Of a DNA stretch of 64,000 nt, positions 30,106 through 48,841 are shown one piece after another (positions within the stretch are counted from its first letter, which is position 1; each line of letters begins with the position of its first letter). Both the position numbers and the translations under genes were made by a program. Where the stretch lies: the NCBI GenBank assembly GCA_963762585.1, contig CAVXLF010000023.1, positions 85,035 to 149,034 of the forward strand, in the 5' to 3' direction. Under the pieces are notes generated by a model. It was not told the DNA's origin, made no database searches, and saw nothing but the letters and a program-made list of their open reading frames with translations. The stretch comes from an uncultured Verrucomicrobiae bacterium. Its GTDB lineage: Bacteria; Verrucomicrobiota; Verrucomicrobiia; Limisphaerales; UBA11358.

Positions 30106-31200
30106 TTATTGAATCCAGCCGGCGATCTGCGCAAGGCACACCAGCAAATAAGCCACGCCGCCACTCGCGGGCAGCGTCATGACCCAGGCCCACAGGATGC
30201 GTTCAACCACGTCGAACTTGAGGTGATTGAATCCTTTGGCGCAGCCGACGCCCATGATGGAGGTGGTGACCGCATGGGTGGTCGAGACGGGCATGCCGAA
30301 ATGCGCAGCGGTGACCAGGATGGTGGCGGCGGTGGTTTCGGCGGCAAAACCATGAACGGGATGCAGCCGCACCATTTTATGACCGAGGGTTTTGATGATG
30401 CGCCAGCCACCCACGGCGGTGCCGGCGCACATGGTCAGCGCGCAAAGGACTTTGATCCAGGCGGCAATTTCCAGTGCGTGTCCCGGCACCGGTTCAGCGG
30501 TGCGCAAAAATGACAGCCAGCCGGGAAGCTGGTCAAATGAACCGGCGCTGGTGCCGGTCAACAATGCCAGCGCGATGATGCCCATGGTTTTTTGCGCATC
30601 GTTCGTGCCATGACTGAAACCCATGTAGGCCGAGCTGAGCAGTTGCAGTTTGCCGAAGGTCTTGTTGACGGTGGCCGTGCGCCAGTTGCGCAGCAGAAAA
30701 TACAGCGAGCCCATGAGCAGAAAGCCGAAAACCAATCCGCAGATGGGCGAGGAAATCATCGGCACGACGACTTTCCAGAGCAGGCCTTTGCTCAGCCACC
30801 AGTGCTCATGATTGGGGACCGACCAGACCAGGGCGTGCCAGTTGTTGTGGGCGGCGGCCAGGCACGCGCCGCACAAGCCCCCGACGAGCGCGTGCGACGA
30901 GCTGGACGGCATCCCGAACCACCACGTCAGCAGGTTCCAGAGGATGGCGGCGATCAGGGCGCAGATCAAAACCTCGGACGTGGCGATTTTGGGGTCCACC
31001 AGTCCCGAAGCGATGGTGGTGGCGACGGCGGTGCCGGCGAACGCCCCGACCAGATTGGTGACGGCGGCCAGCATCACGGCCTGACGCGGGGTCAACACCT
31101 TGGTGGCGACGACGGTGGCAATGGAATTGGCCGTGTCGTGGAAGCCATTGATGTAGGTAAACACCAGCGCCGCGAGGATGACGGTGAAGATGAGGATCAT
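30106..31200 (-). CDS. pit: Inorganic phosphate transporter, PiT family
   Basis: 364 aa; YINGFHDTANSIATVV and second GTNDAQKTMGII PiT signature. Confidence 0.9.
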   Translation of the reverse strand: MILIFTVILAALVFTYINGFHDTANSIATVVATKVLTPRQAVMLAAVTNLVGAFAGTAVATTIASGLVDPKIATSEVLICALIAAILWNLLTWWFGMPSSSSHALVGGLCGACLAAAHNNWHALVWSVPNHEHWWLSKGLLWKVVVPMISSPICGLVFGFLLMGSLYFLLRNWRTATVNKTFGKLQLLSSAYMGFSHGTNDAQKTMGIIALALLTGTSAGSFDQLPGWLSFLRTAEPVPGHALEIAAWIKVLCALTMCAGTAVGGWRIIKTLGHKMVRLHPVHGFAAETTAATILVTAAHFGMPVSTTHAVTTSIMGVGCAKGFNHLKFDVVERILWAWVMTLPASGGVAYLLVCLAQIAGWIQ

Positions 31201-31208
31201 CGGGCGGC

Positions 31209-31838
31209 TCAGGAATTTTTCAGCAGGATGTGCATGACCACATTGCCGGCGTCGCGACAGCGGTCAATGGCCTTCTCCATCAGTTCATAAAGATCGCGTA
31301 TGACCATGGCTTTCACCGCGTCGTGGCGCCCGCTGTAGAGATCCTTCAACAGGTCCAACATCAATTTGTCCGCCTCGCCTTCGAGATACTGCAGCTTGGT
31401 GTTCAGCTCGTGGATTTTTTCCAGGTGCTTCAGGTCGCGAAGCTGTTTCACCATGGCCAGCACCACGTCGGTGGACTGTTCCAGGATTTCAATCTGGCGG
31501 GTGAAATCCACGCCTTGCAGGTGCTGGCGGCCGAGATTGATGCGTTCGGCCAGTTTCTCGATGGTCTTGGGAATTTTTCGCAACGCCAGCGCCAGCGCCT
31601 CAATATCCTCGCGTTCCAATCCGGTCACAAAGGTCTTCACCAGTTCGGCGGTGATTTGCTCCCCGATTTTTTTCTCCTTGCGCCGCGAGAGCGCCAGGTC
31701 ATCGAGGGTTTTGGCGGGAGCCGGCGCTTTGAGCATTTCGATGACCAGCCGGACGCTGGCGTGGGCTTCCTGTGCGGCGTCCTCCAGCAGTTGATAAAAC
31801 CGGTCGGCCTTGCCGAAGAGCATTTGGAGTGAAAACAT
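31209..31838 (-). CDS. DUF47 (PhoU-like) protein associated with PiT
   Basis: 209 aa all-helical; conserved pairing upstream of the PiT gene; E.EAD.....L...L motif. Confidence 0.8.
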   Translation of the reverse strand: MFSLQMLFGKADRFYQLLEDAAQEAHASVRLVIEMLKAPAPAKTLDDLALSRRKEKKIGEQITAELVKTFVTGLEREDIEALALALRKIPKTIEKLAERINLGRQHLQGVDFTRQIEILEQSTDVVLAMVKQLRDLKHLEKIHELNTKLQYLEGEADKLMLDLLKDLYSGRHDAVKAMVIRDLYELMEKAIDRCRDAGNVVMHILLKNS

Positions 31839-31991
31839 GAGTGGAAACAGGGTCGTAAATATGTGTCAAAAGTCCATTCAATTTTATCATGAAGACTAAT
31901 CGGCCGGGATCCGCCGGCGGCGGTCCGGCGGGTTGAGCGGGGCAAAATTGATTCGCTCCGGGGATGCCGCCGATGTAAGGTTCGCGCCACT

Positions 31992-32690
31992 ATGGGTGTG
32001 GCGGACATCAGACGGGAATATGCACAGGCCAGCTTGCGGCGCGCGGATTTGGAGGCCAATCCGGTGGCGCAATTCAATGCCTGGTTTGCACAGGCGTCGG
32101 CCGGCGGCCGGTGGCGGAAGATCGGCATCGCCCTCTACAAACTCTGGCACGCGGTCCTTGGCCATTCCCCGGCGGATGTGAATGCCATGGTGCTGGCCAC
32201 GGTGGACCGATCCGGCCGGCCCTCGGCGCGCGCGGTGCTGCTCAAGGGCGTGGACGAGCGCGGCTTCACTTTTTTTACGAACTACGACAGCCGCAAAGGC
32301 CGCGAACTGGCTGACAATCCCAACGCGGCGCTGACGTTTTACTGGCCGGATTTGGAGCGGCAGGTATGCGTTGGAGGCGTGGTGAGCAGATTGTCACGCG
32401 AAGATTCGGAGGCGTATTTCAAATCCCGCCCGCGCGGCAGCCGGCTGGCCGCGTGGGCGTCAAATCAATACGACGTGGTGGCCGGCCGCGCCGCGCTGGA
32501 TGACAAATGGAACGAAATGGCGGCGCGCTTTCCCGGTGAGGAGGTGCCGTTGCCGGCGAACTGGGGCGGTTTTGTTTTGAAACCGGAATGGATTGAATTT
32601 TGGCAGGGCCGGCCCAGCCGGTTGCACGACCGTTTCCGCTACTCGCGGCAGCCCGACCATTCGTGGAAGCTGGAGCGGGTCGCGCCTTAA
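31992..32690 (+). CDS. pdxH: Pyridoxamine 5'-phosphate oxidase
   Basis: 232 aa; RAVLLKGVDERGFTFFTNYDSRKG, RQV, FKSRPRGSRL.AW, VPLP..WGGF, IEFWQGRPSRLHDRF.Y. Confidence 0.9.
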   Translation: MGVADIRREYAQASLRRADLEANPVAQFNAWFAQASAGGRWRKIGIALYKLWHAVLGHSPADVNAMVLATVDRSGRPSARAVLLKGVDERGFTFFTNYDSRKGRELADNPNAALTFYWPDLERQVCVGGVVSRLSREDSEAYFKSRPRGSRLAAWASNQYDVVAGRAALDDKWNEMAARFPGEEVPLPANWGGFVLKPEWIEFWQGRPSRLHDRFRYSRQPDHSWKLERVAP

Positions 32691-33535
32691 AATTTCAAAG
32701 CCAGGGCGCTGACCAGTTTTACGTCGTTGGCCTTGAATCCCGGCGCGGGCTGGTTGGCGTAATCATCCTGCACGTAAGTTTGCAGGTCGAGTCGCCGGGT
32801 GAGGGTGGTCTCGACGCCGATCACGGCGTTGACGAGAAAATTCCGCGGACTGTTGGCCGGAGGCAGAAGCTCCACATTTTGCCAGATCCGGGCATGATCA
32901 TCGAATTTATGTTCGTAGCGTTCCGCGACGCGCAGGATCGGGTAGGTGTGATATTCATCGTCCAGTTTTTCATGCAGGATCGCCGGGCCGCATTCACCGG
33001 CCAGTGACGTTTGCTTGTCTTTGATGAAGTAATAGCCGGCGCCGGTGCTGAACGTAATCCGGTAAACGACATCGGCTATGCCATCATGCAACCCATCGGT
33101 GCGCAGGTAGCCGTACCAGCCTTGGTTGAACAGGCGGTTGTATTGGGCAAAGGCATGCAGGGTTTCGTTGTTCTTGACGGAAGCCACTTCGCCGTAGGCT
33201 GCGTCTGAGCCCAAAGCCCATTCGTCCTCAGGCGTTTTTCTATGGGTTTGAAAATTGCCGGTGACCAGCGCGCTGTCGCTGTTGCCCGAAGTGGCGGTGA
33301 GGCCGAAGGCAACGGTGCTTTCCCAGACCGGCTGATGGATTGAAACGTTGGTCAAAACCAAGGAACCCGGGGTACCGGCACTGGCCACTTCTGCCGTTGC
33401 CTGCAGCGTCAAGGCCTCTTTGCTGTCGGCAAACAGGCTGCTGTCCGGCACCACCACGGTTTGACCCGTCTCACTGGCGTGACCAAACGCGGTCAAAACG
33501 ACCAGAACCAATACAATCAGGATCTGTTTTTTCAT
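32687..33535 (-). CDS. Outer-membrane beta-barrel protein, possibly DUF481 family
   Basis: ATG 33535: MKKQILIVLVLVVLTAFGHA signal peptide; alternating beta-strand pattern; C-terminal ...LVSALALKF (terminal Phe). Confidence 0.55.
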   Translation of the reverse strand: MKKQILIVLVLVVLTAFGHASETGQTVVVPDSSLFADSKEALTLQATAEVASAGTPGSLVLTNVSIHQPVWESTVAFGLTATSGNSDSALVTGNFQTHRKTPEDEWALGSDAAYGEVASVKNNETLHAFAQYNRLFNQGWYGYLRTDGLHDGIADVVYRITFSTGAGYYFIKDKQTSLAGECGPAILHEKLDDEYHTYPILRVAERYEHKFDDHARIWQNVELLPPANSPRNFLVNAVIGVETTLTRRLDLQTYVQDDYANQPAPGFKANDVKLVSALALKF

Positions 33536-33668
33536 TGTTCTTCTTGCCGACAATTTGCATCGAACGAGGAACCGATCGGCAGAAGGCACGACTTCTTGCA
33601 ACCCCCGAAACAAATCGGAGGCAGTCAGCTTAACCGAAAAATACGGGCTGGCAAGCGGCGTTCAGAAA

Positions 33669-36311
33669 TTATTTTTCCGGTTCCGCTTCGCTGGCGGCGT
33701 CTTCCTTGTCTTCGCCAATCACCGAGGCGATGGCCTGTAATTTGTCGCCGGAGTCCAGTTCAATCAGCTTCACGCCCTGCGTATTCCGTCCGGCTTCGCG
33801 GATGTCCTTCACCGACGTGCGCACCATCTGGCCTTTGACGGTGATGAGCATGATTTCATCCGCGTCGCGCACGGTCAATGCGCCGACCACCGCGCCGGTT
33901 TTCTCGGTGGTCTTCATCGTGATGATGCCCTTGCCGCCGCGGGATTGCTGGCGGTATTCCTCGAAGTCCGTGCGTTTGCCGATGCCATGCTCGCCGGCGA
34001 CCAGCAGTTTGGCGTCCGGCACGACAATGGCCAGCGCGACGACTTCGTCGCCCTTCGACAAATTGATGCCACGCACACCGGCGGCGGGCCGGCCCATGGG
34101 CCGGGCGTCCTCCTCGTTGAAGCGGATGCTCATGCCGTCGTGGGTGATGAGCACCACTTCGTTCTGGCCGGTCGTCAGCTTGACATCAATCAAGGTGTCG
34201 CCCGGGTCGATGCCGATGGCAATGATGCCGCCCTTGCGGACGTTGGCGAAATCGGCGAGCGCGGTTTTCTTGACCGTGCCCTGTTTGGTGGAGAAGAACA
34301 CAAAGCCCGGCTGTTCCCACGTCACGTCTTCCTTGGCCGTGTTGGTCTTGGACAGAACCCGGATCAATGCGGCAATGGTTTCGCCCGCCTTCAATTCCAG
34401 CAAATTGGCAATGCTCCGGCCCTTGGCGGCCCGGCCCATGTCGGGAATTTCATGCACGCGCTCAACATAAACGCGGCCGGTGTTCGTGAAGAACATCAGG
34501 TAATCGTGCGTGCTGGCGGTGAACAGATGCTCGATGAAATCCTTGTCCTCGTCGGTGGCGCCTTCCCGGGTTGTCATGCCGATGACCCCCTTGCCGCCGC
34601 GCCGCTGAGCGCGATAGCTCGAAACGTTGGTGCGCTTGATGAGGCCGGTGTGCGTGAGCGTGATGATGACGCCTTCGTTGGCAATCAGGTCTTCGATGTT
34701 GATTTCGCCCTCGTCGGGTTTGAGGTCGGTCAGGCGCGGGGTGGCGTACTTTTCCTTGATGACCTTCAACTCGGCCTTGATGATGGCCAGGACGCGGGTT
34801 TCCTTGGCCAGGATATCCATCAAATCCTTGATGCGCTCGAGCAGTTCCTTGTATTCGCCTTCGACCTTGTCAATTTCCAGGCCGGTCAATTGATACAAAC
34901 GCAGTTCCAGAATCGCGTCCACCTGCCGTTCCGTCAGTGTGTAACGGCCCTTGGTCAGGCGTTCGTCGTTGCGGATCAAAATGCCCCAGCGTTCGACCTG
35001 CTTTTGCGTCCATTCGAACGCGAGCAGCTTGATGCGGGCTTCGTCGCGGTTTTTGCTGCCGCGGATGATGCGGATGAATTCGTCGAGGTTCGCCAGCGCG
35101 CAAAGATAGCCTTCCAGGATTTCCGCGCGTTCCTCGGCCTTTTGCAACTGGAACCGCGTGCGGCGCAACACCACCTCGCGCCGATGCTCGATGTAGCAAT
35201 TGATGAGCTCCTTGAGCCCCAGCGTCTTGGGCCGGCCGTGGTCAATGGCCAGCATGTTGACCGCAAAACTGGATTCCAGCGAGGTCTGCTTGTACAGATT
35301 GTTGATGACCACCTTCGCGATGGCGTCGCGCTTGAGTTCGACCACCACGCGCGTGTTCTCATCCGATTCGTCGCGGATGGCGGTGATGTCGGTGAAACCC
35401 ACCGTTTTCTCGTTCACGAGTTCGGCCACGCGTTCGACGAGCACGGCGCGGTTGACGTTGTAGGGGATTTCCGTGATGACGATTTGCTCGCGCCCGCCCT
35501 TGAGTTGTTCCACCCCCACCTTGCCGCGGACCTTGACGCTGCCGCGACCGGTCGTGAAATATTCCTTGATGACCTCCAGCCCGCACACCATGCAGCCGGT
35601 CGGAAAGTCCGGGCCTTTGACGAACTTCATCAGACCCTTGACGGTGATGTCCGGGTCGTCAATCTGCGCGCAGATGCCGTCCACGATTTCACCGAGATTG
35701 TGGGGCGCAATGTTCGTGGCCATGCCGACGGCGATGCCGGTGCCCCCATTGACGAGCAGGTTCGGAAAGGCGGCGGGAAAAACGGTGGGCTCGGTGCGGG
35801 TCTCGTCGTAGTTGGGGACAAAATCCACCGTGTCCTGGTCCATGTCCTCCATCAACGCGGCGCCGAGATGGGTCATGCGCGCCTCGGTATAACGCATGGC
35901 GGCGGGCGGATCACCTTCCACCGAGCCGAAGTTTCCCTGGCCGTCCACGAGCCGTTCGCGCATCGCCCAGGGCTGCGCCATGTGCACGAGCGTCGGATAA
36001 ATCACCGCCTCGCCGTGCGGATGATAATTGCCGCTGGTGTCGCCGCAGATTTTGGCGCATTTGCGGTGCTGGCGGTTGGGAAACAACGAGAGATCGTGCA
36101 TGGCCAGCAGGATGCGGCGTTGCGAAGGTTTGAGGCCGTCGCGCGCATCGGGCAGGGCGCGGGAGATGATCACGGACATCGAGTAATCCAGGAACGAATT
36201 CTTGATTTCCTCGGCGACGTTGACCTTGGCGATTTTTTCACCCGAGGCAAACAAAGGGGTGTTGGTGATCGGCAGATCGTTTGACTCTTTGGATTTCTTT
36301 TCGTCAGGCAT
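33669..36311 (-). CDS. gyrA: DNA gyrase subunit A
   Basis: ATG 36311 (MPDEKKSK...); [41 protein letters not shown] (QRDR), C-terminal beta-pinwheel repeats. Confidence 0.97.
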   Translation of the reverse strand: MPDEKKSKESNDLPITNTPLFASGEKIAKVNVAEEIKNSFLDYSMSVIISRALPDARDGLKPSQRRILLAMHDLSLFPNRQHRKCAKICGDTSGNYHPHGEAVIYPTLVHMAQPWAMRERLVDGQGNFGSVEGDPPAAMRYTEARMTHLGAALMEDMDQDTVDFVPNYDETRTEPTVFPAAFPNLLVNGGTGIAVGMATNIAPHNLGEIVDGICAQIDDPDITVKGLMKFVKGPDFPTGCMVCGLEVIKEYFTTGRGSVKVRGKVGVEQLKGGREQIVITEIPYNVNRAVLVERVAELVNEKTVGFTDITAIRDESDENTRVVVELKRDAIAKVVINNLYKQTSLESSFAVNMLAIDHGRPKTLGLKELINCYIEHRREVVLRRTRFQLQKAEERAEILEGYLCALANLDEFIRIIRGSKNRDEARIKLLAFEWTQKQVERWGILIRNDERLTKGRYTLTERQVDAILELRLYQLTGLEIDKVEGEYKELLERIKDLMDILAKETRVLAIIKAELKVIKEKYATPRLTDLKPDEGEINIEDLIANEGVIITLTHTGLIKRTNVSSYRAQRRGGKGVIGMTTREGATDEDKDFIEHLFTASTHDYLMFFTNTGRVYVERVHEIPDMGRAAKGRSIANLLELKAGETIAALIRVLSKTNTAKEDVTWEQPGFVFFSTKQGTVKKTALADFANVRKGGIIAIGIDPGDTLIDVKLTTGQNEVVLITHDGMSIRFNEEDARPMGRPAAGVRGINLSKGDEVVALAIVVPDAKLLVAGEHGIGKRTDFEEYRQQSRGGKGIITMKTTEKTGAVVGALTVRDADEIMLITVKGQMVRTSVKDIREAGRNTQGVKLIELDSGDKLQAIASVIGEDKEDAASEAEPEK

Positions 36312-36316
36312 AAAAA

Positions 36317-36772
36317 TTATTTGGCTACCGTGATGTCTGTGATTTCTTTTGGCACCAAGGCAATGCCCAATTGTTTGCACGCGGCGCGAATCCTTTTGTC
36401 CGTGGCTGCCATCGTGCCGCCGTGGCGCAAATCGCAAGCCGCCACGTGCAGGGCGTCGAGTGTCCGCAGCGGAATGTGTGGATGACATGCAAATTGAACC
36501 ATCCGCGCGCGCTCCAGCATCCTGCGTTCGAGTGGCAACAGCACAATCAATTCGTTTTCGAGCATCGGAAAAAACTTTCCCGTGGCGCGATCACGCTCCT
36601 GCGGCGTGATTTCGTGGTTGCGCTCTTTGAAAAGCAACGCAGCGCAAACTTCTACCAAGGACAGTTCGGACGATTCAAAACTGTGCCCTGACAGATTTTG
36701 TTCGAACCACTCGCTGCCGGCTTCGCGCACAAGCAGTTTGACGATGATGGCGGAGTCCAGATACATCACCAT
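36317..36772 (-). CDS. vapC: PIN-domain toxin (VapC-like)
   Basis: MVMYLDSAIIVKLL (first acidic residue), SELSLVE, TLDALHVAAC, GGTMAATDKRI; overlaps the upstream antitoxin stop. Confidence 0.8.
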   Translation of the reverse strand: MVMYLDSAIIVKLLVREAGSEWFEQNLSGHSFESSELSLVEVCAALLFKERNHEITPQERDRATGKFFPMLENELIVLLPLERRMLERARMVQFACHPHIPLRTLDALHVAACDLRHGGTMAATDKRIRAACKQLGIALVPKEITDITVAK

Positions 36773-37083
36773 TCTCCACGGGTCCAACTCACTGCCTCAT
36801 CTGCTGACCCGCCATGGATCGGCTGCTTCGACAGGTAATCACCCATGCCCTGAAAAACTTTTCGGGGTTTGATGGCTTCGACGTTGACCAGTTTGGCCTT
36901 CGGCCTGCCGTCGCTGGTGATGATGATTTCGCGCCCGCCCGCCACCAGTTCCAGCAACGCCGACAAGTGCGCCTTGGCCGAACGGACGCTGATCACTTCG
37001 CCGATGCCCGGCGCAACCGCGACTTCTTTCAGCACGGCCGCCCCCGGCTTGTGTGGCGGGTATTTTATGGTTCTTGTTTTCAT
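36766..37083 (-). CDS. Phd/YefM-type antitoxin
   Basis: 105 aa; VISVRSAKAHLSALLELVAGGREIIITSDGRPKAKLV matches the Phd/YefM N-terminal fold pattern. Confidence 0.65.
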   Translation of the reverse strand: MKTRTIKYPPHKPGAAVLKEVAVAPGIGEVISVRSAKAHLSALLELVAGGREIIITSDGRPKAKLVNVEAIKPRKVFQGMGDYLSKQPIHGGSADEAVSWTRGEW

Positions 37084-37129
37084 GCGCTCAATGTAGTCTC
37101 ATGTGACTACATGCGTCAACTGAATTCTT

Positions 37130-39793
<2,664 letters not shown>

Positions 39794-39947
39794 TTATCGC
39801 CAGACCGGATATGTTGTGGTGCGTAAAAAGCCTCCAAAACCACTTTTCCCGGGCGGAGGAAATGCTTGGAACCAAGGTGGGCGGCCACCTGGTTGGGCAG
39901 CAAAACTTCCGCTTTTCAGTCGCGATGCGGCGTCATATTCTCGGCTG

Positions 39948-42224
39948 GTGAGTCTTCACCGCGACCAACTTTTCGCGCCACTGAAACAATTCTTCGGCTT
40001 CAGTTCCTTCCGTCCGTTGCAGGAGGAAATCATTCGCGACGCGCTCGCGGGCAAGGACGTTTTCGCCGTGCTGCCCACCGGCGGCGGCAAATCGCTCTGC
40101 TTCCAGCTTCCCGCGCTCGTGCAACCCGGACTCACCGTTGTCGTCTCGCCGCTCATCGCGCTGATGAAGGACCAGGTGGACGCGCTACAGGCGGCGGGCG
40201 TGGCGGCGACATTTTTGAATTCATCGCTCGCCGCCGGCGAATCGCGTCCGCGCCTGCGCGGCTTGCACCAGGGCGAGTTCCGGTTGCTCTACGTCGCGCC
40301 GGAGCGGTTAATGTTGTCCGGTTTTCTTGACGACCTGAAGAAATGGAACGTGAACCTGTTCGCGATTGACGAGGCGCATTGCATCAGCGAGTGGGGACAC
40401 GATTTCCGCCCGGAATACCGGCAATTGCAGACGATGCGCGGAATTTTTCCAACCGTGCCGATGATGGCGCTCACGGCCACGGCCACCGAACGCGTGCGCG
40501 GCGACATTGTCCGGCAGCTGCATCTGAAGGATCCCGCGTGCTACGTCGCCAGTTTCAACCGCCCGAACCTGACTTACCGCGTCGCGGCGAAGTCAGGCGC
40601 TTATGACCAGATTCTTTCGTACGTGCAGGCGCGGCCGAACGAAAGCGGCATCATTTACGTGCAGGCGCGCAAAACGGCGGACAGCCTGGCGGCCAAACTT
40701 TCCGCCGACGGCGTGAAGGCGCTGCCGTATCACGCGGGCATGACCCCCGGTGACCGGACGAAAAGCCAGGAGGCATTTCTTCGCGACGAGGCGCGCGTGA
40801 TTTGCGCGACCATCGCCTTTGGCATGGGCATCAACAAGCCGAACGTGCGTTTCGTGATTCACTACGACCTGCCGAAGAACATCGAAGGCTATTATCAGGA
40901 AACGGGCCGCGCCGGCCGTGACGGTCTGCCCGGCGAATGTCTGCTGTTGTTCAGCCCCGGCGACCGGGTCAAGCAGATGCGGTTCATTGACGAAAAACCA
41001 AGTCCGCAGGAGCGCGAAATCGCCCGCGCCCAACTGGAACAGATGATTCACTACGCCGAGATCGCCACCTGCCGCCGTGAATTTCTGCTGGGATATTTCG
41101 GGGAGAAATTTAATCCAAATGAGGTTGTCGGACAAGGTGGGGCGCGTCACTCCGTGCGCGCCGACTTTGCAACATTGGACAACGGCGCGCACGGAGTGAC
41201 GCGCCCGACCGAACCCGTGAATTGTGCCGGCTGCGACAACTGCCTCTCGCCGCGCGCGACCTGGGACGGCACGCTGGCGGCGCAAAAATTTCTTTCGTGT
41301 GTCTATCGCATCCGTGAGAAAAGCGGTTTCGGCGTCGGCATTCAGCACGTGGTCGAGGTGCTCTGCGGTGCGGAAACGGAAAAAGTCCGCAAGTTCGGCC
41401 ACCACACACTTTCGACCTACAACATTGGCGACGGACATGCGCGCGCCGAGTGGAGCGCGATTGGACGTGAACTGGTGCGGCTCGGTTTGCTGTTTCAAAA
41501 CGCGGAGAAGTTCAACATCGTCGAGCTGACCGACGCCGGTCACACGGCGCTGAAATCGCGGCAGAAAATCACGTTGACCAAACCGGTCGCTCCGACCGAA
41601 CCGGCGAAGCATCGCGCCGGCGAAATTGCCTGTGACGAGGCGTTGTTCGAGAAATTGCGCGCGCTGCGGAAACAGCTTGCCGACGCGCGCGCCGTGCCGC
41701 CTTACATTATTTTCTCCGACGTGTCGCTGCGGCAGATGGCGCGGTTTTATCCCGCGAACGAAAAGGATTTTTCGCGCATCAGCGGCGTGGGTGAAAGGAA
41801 GCTGCGCGAATTCGGCGAAGCTTTCCTGGGTGAAATTGCGGCGCATGTGCAGACGAACCCGCGCCAGGTTTTTGCGGATGATTTCCCGGCGGATGGAATG
41901 CCGTCCGCGCCGGTGCCGCGCCGGTCACGGCTGACCGACAGCGTGCGCGAGACGCTGCATTTTTTCCAGCAAGGCCGGGCGGTTTCCGAAATTGCAAAAA
42001 TTCGCGGCTTCAAAGACAGCACGATTTACAGTCATCTTGAAGAAGCCATGCTCGCGGGCGAATCGGTTGATGTGCATTCATTGGTTTCAGCCGAAGCCAG
42101 GCGCGACATCGCCGCAGCCTTCGTCCGGCACGGTTTCGGCAACCTCACCGGCGTGGTCGAATCGCTCGGCGGGAAATACGGTTACGGCGAATGCCGCGTC
42201 GTCCGCGCCGCGTTGCAAAGGTAG
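39948..42224 (+). CDS. recQ: ATP-dependent DNA helicase RecQ (helicase-RQC-HRDC plus C-terminal HTH-like tail)
   Basis: [91 protein letters not shown], CxxCDNC, HRDC ([15 protein letters not shown]). No in-frame ATG; GTG 39948 proposed. The track ORF start 39540 overlaps gyrB. Confidence 0.92.
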   Translation: MSLHRDQLFAPLKQFFGFSSFRPLQEEIIRDALAGKDVFAVLPTGGGKSLCFQLPALVQPGLTVVVSPLIALMKDQVDALQAAGVAATFLNSSLAAGESRPRLRGLHQGEFRLLYVAPERLMLSGFLDDLKKWNVNLFAIDEAHCISEWGHDFRPEYRQLQTMRGIFPTVPMMALTATATERVRGDIVRQLHLKDPACYVASFNRPNLTYRVAAKSGAYDQILSYVQARPNESGIIYVQARKTADSLAAKLSADGVKALPYHAGMTPGDRTKSQEAFLRDEARVICATIAFGMGINKPNVRFVIHYDLPKNIEGYYQETGRAGRDGLPGECLLLFSPGDRVKQMRFIDEKPSPQEREIARAQLEQMIHYAEIATCRREFLLGYFGEKFNPNEVVGQGGARHSVRADFATLDNGAHGVTRPTEPVNCAGCDNCLSPRATWDGTLAAQKFLSCVYRIREKSGFGVGIQHVVEVLCGAETEKVRKFGHHTLSTYNIGDGHARAEWSAIGRELVRLGLLFQNAEKFNIVELTDAGHTALKSRQKITLTKPVAPTEPAKHRAGEIACDEALFEKLRALRKQLADARAVPPYIIFSDVSLRQMARFYPANEKDFSRISGVGERKLREFGEAFLGEIAAHVQTNPRQVFADDFPADGMPSAPVPRRSRLTDSVRETLHFFQQGRAVSEIAKIRGFKDSTIYSHLEEAMLAGESVDVHSLVSAEARRDIAAAFVRHGFGNLTGVVESLGGKYGYGECRVVRAALQR
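41136..41210. mobile_element. REPIN (inverted REP doublet, 28+19+28 nt) inserted in frame in recQ
   Basis: GGTGGGGCGCGTCACTCCGTGCGCGCCG (41136-41163) and CGGCGCGCACGGAGTGACGCGCCCGACC (41183-41210); each is 27/28 identical to the arms flanking the RAYT gene at 59.3-59.9 kb. Confidence 0.85.
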
Positions 42225-42268
42225 GGACGCCGCGCTGCGGCGTCACCGCCCGCGAAATAGCGGGCGGA
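42221..42268. repeat. GTAGGG-headed hairpin pair supplying the recQ stop codon
   Basis: GTAGGGACGCCGC-GCT-GCGGCGTC then CCGCCCGC-GAAATA-GCGGGCGG; TAG at 42222-42224 is the recQ stop. Confidence 0.75.
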
Positions 42269-42378
42269 ACGTGTGTCGTACACGATTTATTGCGCCGCTG
42301 CGGCGCCGCGCTCCATCCCTGCCGCATTTGAATCCAAATCAACTCGCTTTTTGGAGCGGTGAACCTTATTTTCACCAA

Positions 42379-45234
<2,856 letters not shown>

Positions 45235-45342
45235 ACCGCAGAGACGCAGAGGTGGGGTTGGCGCGCTGCGCCGACCGCGCCGCGTGCAGCGGCGCAAGCG
45301 AGATGGATTGTGACTGAGTGACGCGAGAGGAGCGTCCGGTTC

Positions 45343-45387
45343 CGGCCCTGAACGGGCCGGAGGTCATCGCAGCGCGATGACCCTACC
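45343..45387. repeat. Hairpin pair ending in CCCTACC tail
   Basis: CCGGCCC-TGAAC-GGGCCGG then GGTCATCGC-AGC-GCGATGACCCTACC; the second stem is identical to hairpin 2 of the pdxJ element. Confidence 0.7.
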
Positions 45388-45447
45388 AAGGCGTATTCGG
45401 GTCACTTTGTGTCACAAGTTCGGGACTCGTGCAACTCGTCCGTCCGA

Positions 45448-45477
45448 ATCTGTGTTCATCTGTGTGAATCTGTGGCC
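45448..45477. repeat. Tandem 10-mer ATCTGTGNNN x3
   Basis: ATCTGTGTTC ATCTGTGTGA ATCTGTGGCC, just downstream of the 1106-aa gene stop. Confidence 0.65.
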
Positions 45478-45491
45478 AAATCCGGGGTTGA

Positions 45492-48812
<3,321 letters not shown>

Positions 48813-48841
48813 GGCTTAAACGTGGAGAGGCTGCGATGGAA

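Noticed and set aside
42225-42378. Possible glycine riboswitch upstream of gcvP.
   Set aside because: The 154-nt leader consists of REP-like hairpins. I do not see the conserved glycine-aptamer cores (e.g. CUCUGGAGAG / CACCGAAGGGGCAA-type segments). A covariance-model scan would be needed to be certain.
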